DNA of 36,056 nt, taken from the NCBI RefSeq assembly GCF_001194135.2, contig NC_068991.1:41578514-41614569 (forward strand). Reading direction: 5' to 3'. The position numbers and the translations under genes were made by a program. The notes beneath the pieces were generated by a model. The model searched no databases. It saw nothing but the letters and a program-made list of their open reading frames with translations, and was not told the origin of the DNA. Of this stretch, positions 35,867 through 36,056 are shown in pieces; the first letter of the stretch is position 1; each line of letters opens with the position of its first letter. Source of the DNA: Octopus bimaculoides (lineage: Eukaryota).

Positions 35867-35868
<2 letters not shown>

Positions 35869-35944
<76 letters not shown>

Positions 35945-36056
35945 ATGGTAAATACTGGGCTAAACTAAATGCGAAAGAAATAGACAGAGAAAAATCCCAG
36001 CAATGGCTGAGAAGCTCAGGACCCAAAGCAGAGACTGAAGGATTTTTAATTGCTGC
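35869..36056 (+). mobile_element. (AAT)n followed by a further 5'-truncated R4/Dong-type fragment
   Basis: HGKYWAKLNAKEIDREKSQQWLRSSGPKAETEGFLIAA starts immediately after (AAT)n. Confidence 0.8.

Overview
AT-rich, microsatellite- and transposon-dense eukaryotic DNA with seven N-gaps. The repeat content is most consistent with an octopod (coleoid cephalopod) genome; this is inferred from recalled repeat families, not from a search. The main content is a minus-strand gene fragment of 12 homologous exons (A-L, 26101 down to 1879). Each exon is 147-174 nt, phase 1 at both ends, and encodes one six-cysteine module, C-x-Y-x-G-x2-Y-x2-G-x2-F-x3-D-x-C-N-x-C-x-C-x3-G-x3-C-T-x3-C. The C-terminal part matches the pacifastin (I19) inhibitor core and the N-terminal part resembles the start of a VWC domain. 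Spliced in order the exons give a stop-free 1926-nt (642-codon) frame. Four exons (F, H, I, K) are absent from the supplied ORF track. One exon has a GC donor, one is degenerate, and no signal-peptide or terminal exon could be identified. The rest is decayed mobile DNA: R4/Dong-type RLE LINE fragments next to (AAT)n tracts, an L1/Tx1-like and an RTE-like LINE, three mariner relics, Helitron remnants, tRNA-headed SINEs, an inverted pair of repeats with hammerhead-ribozyme-like cores, and a ~190-bp fold-back. No prokaryotic features or CRISPR arrays are present.
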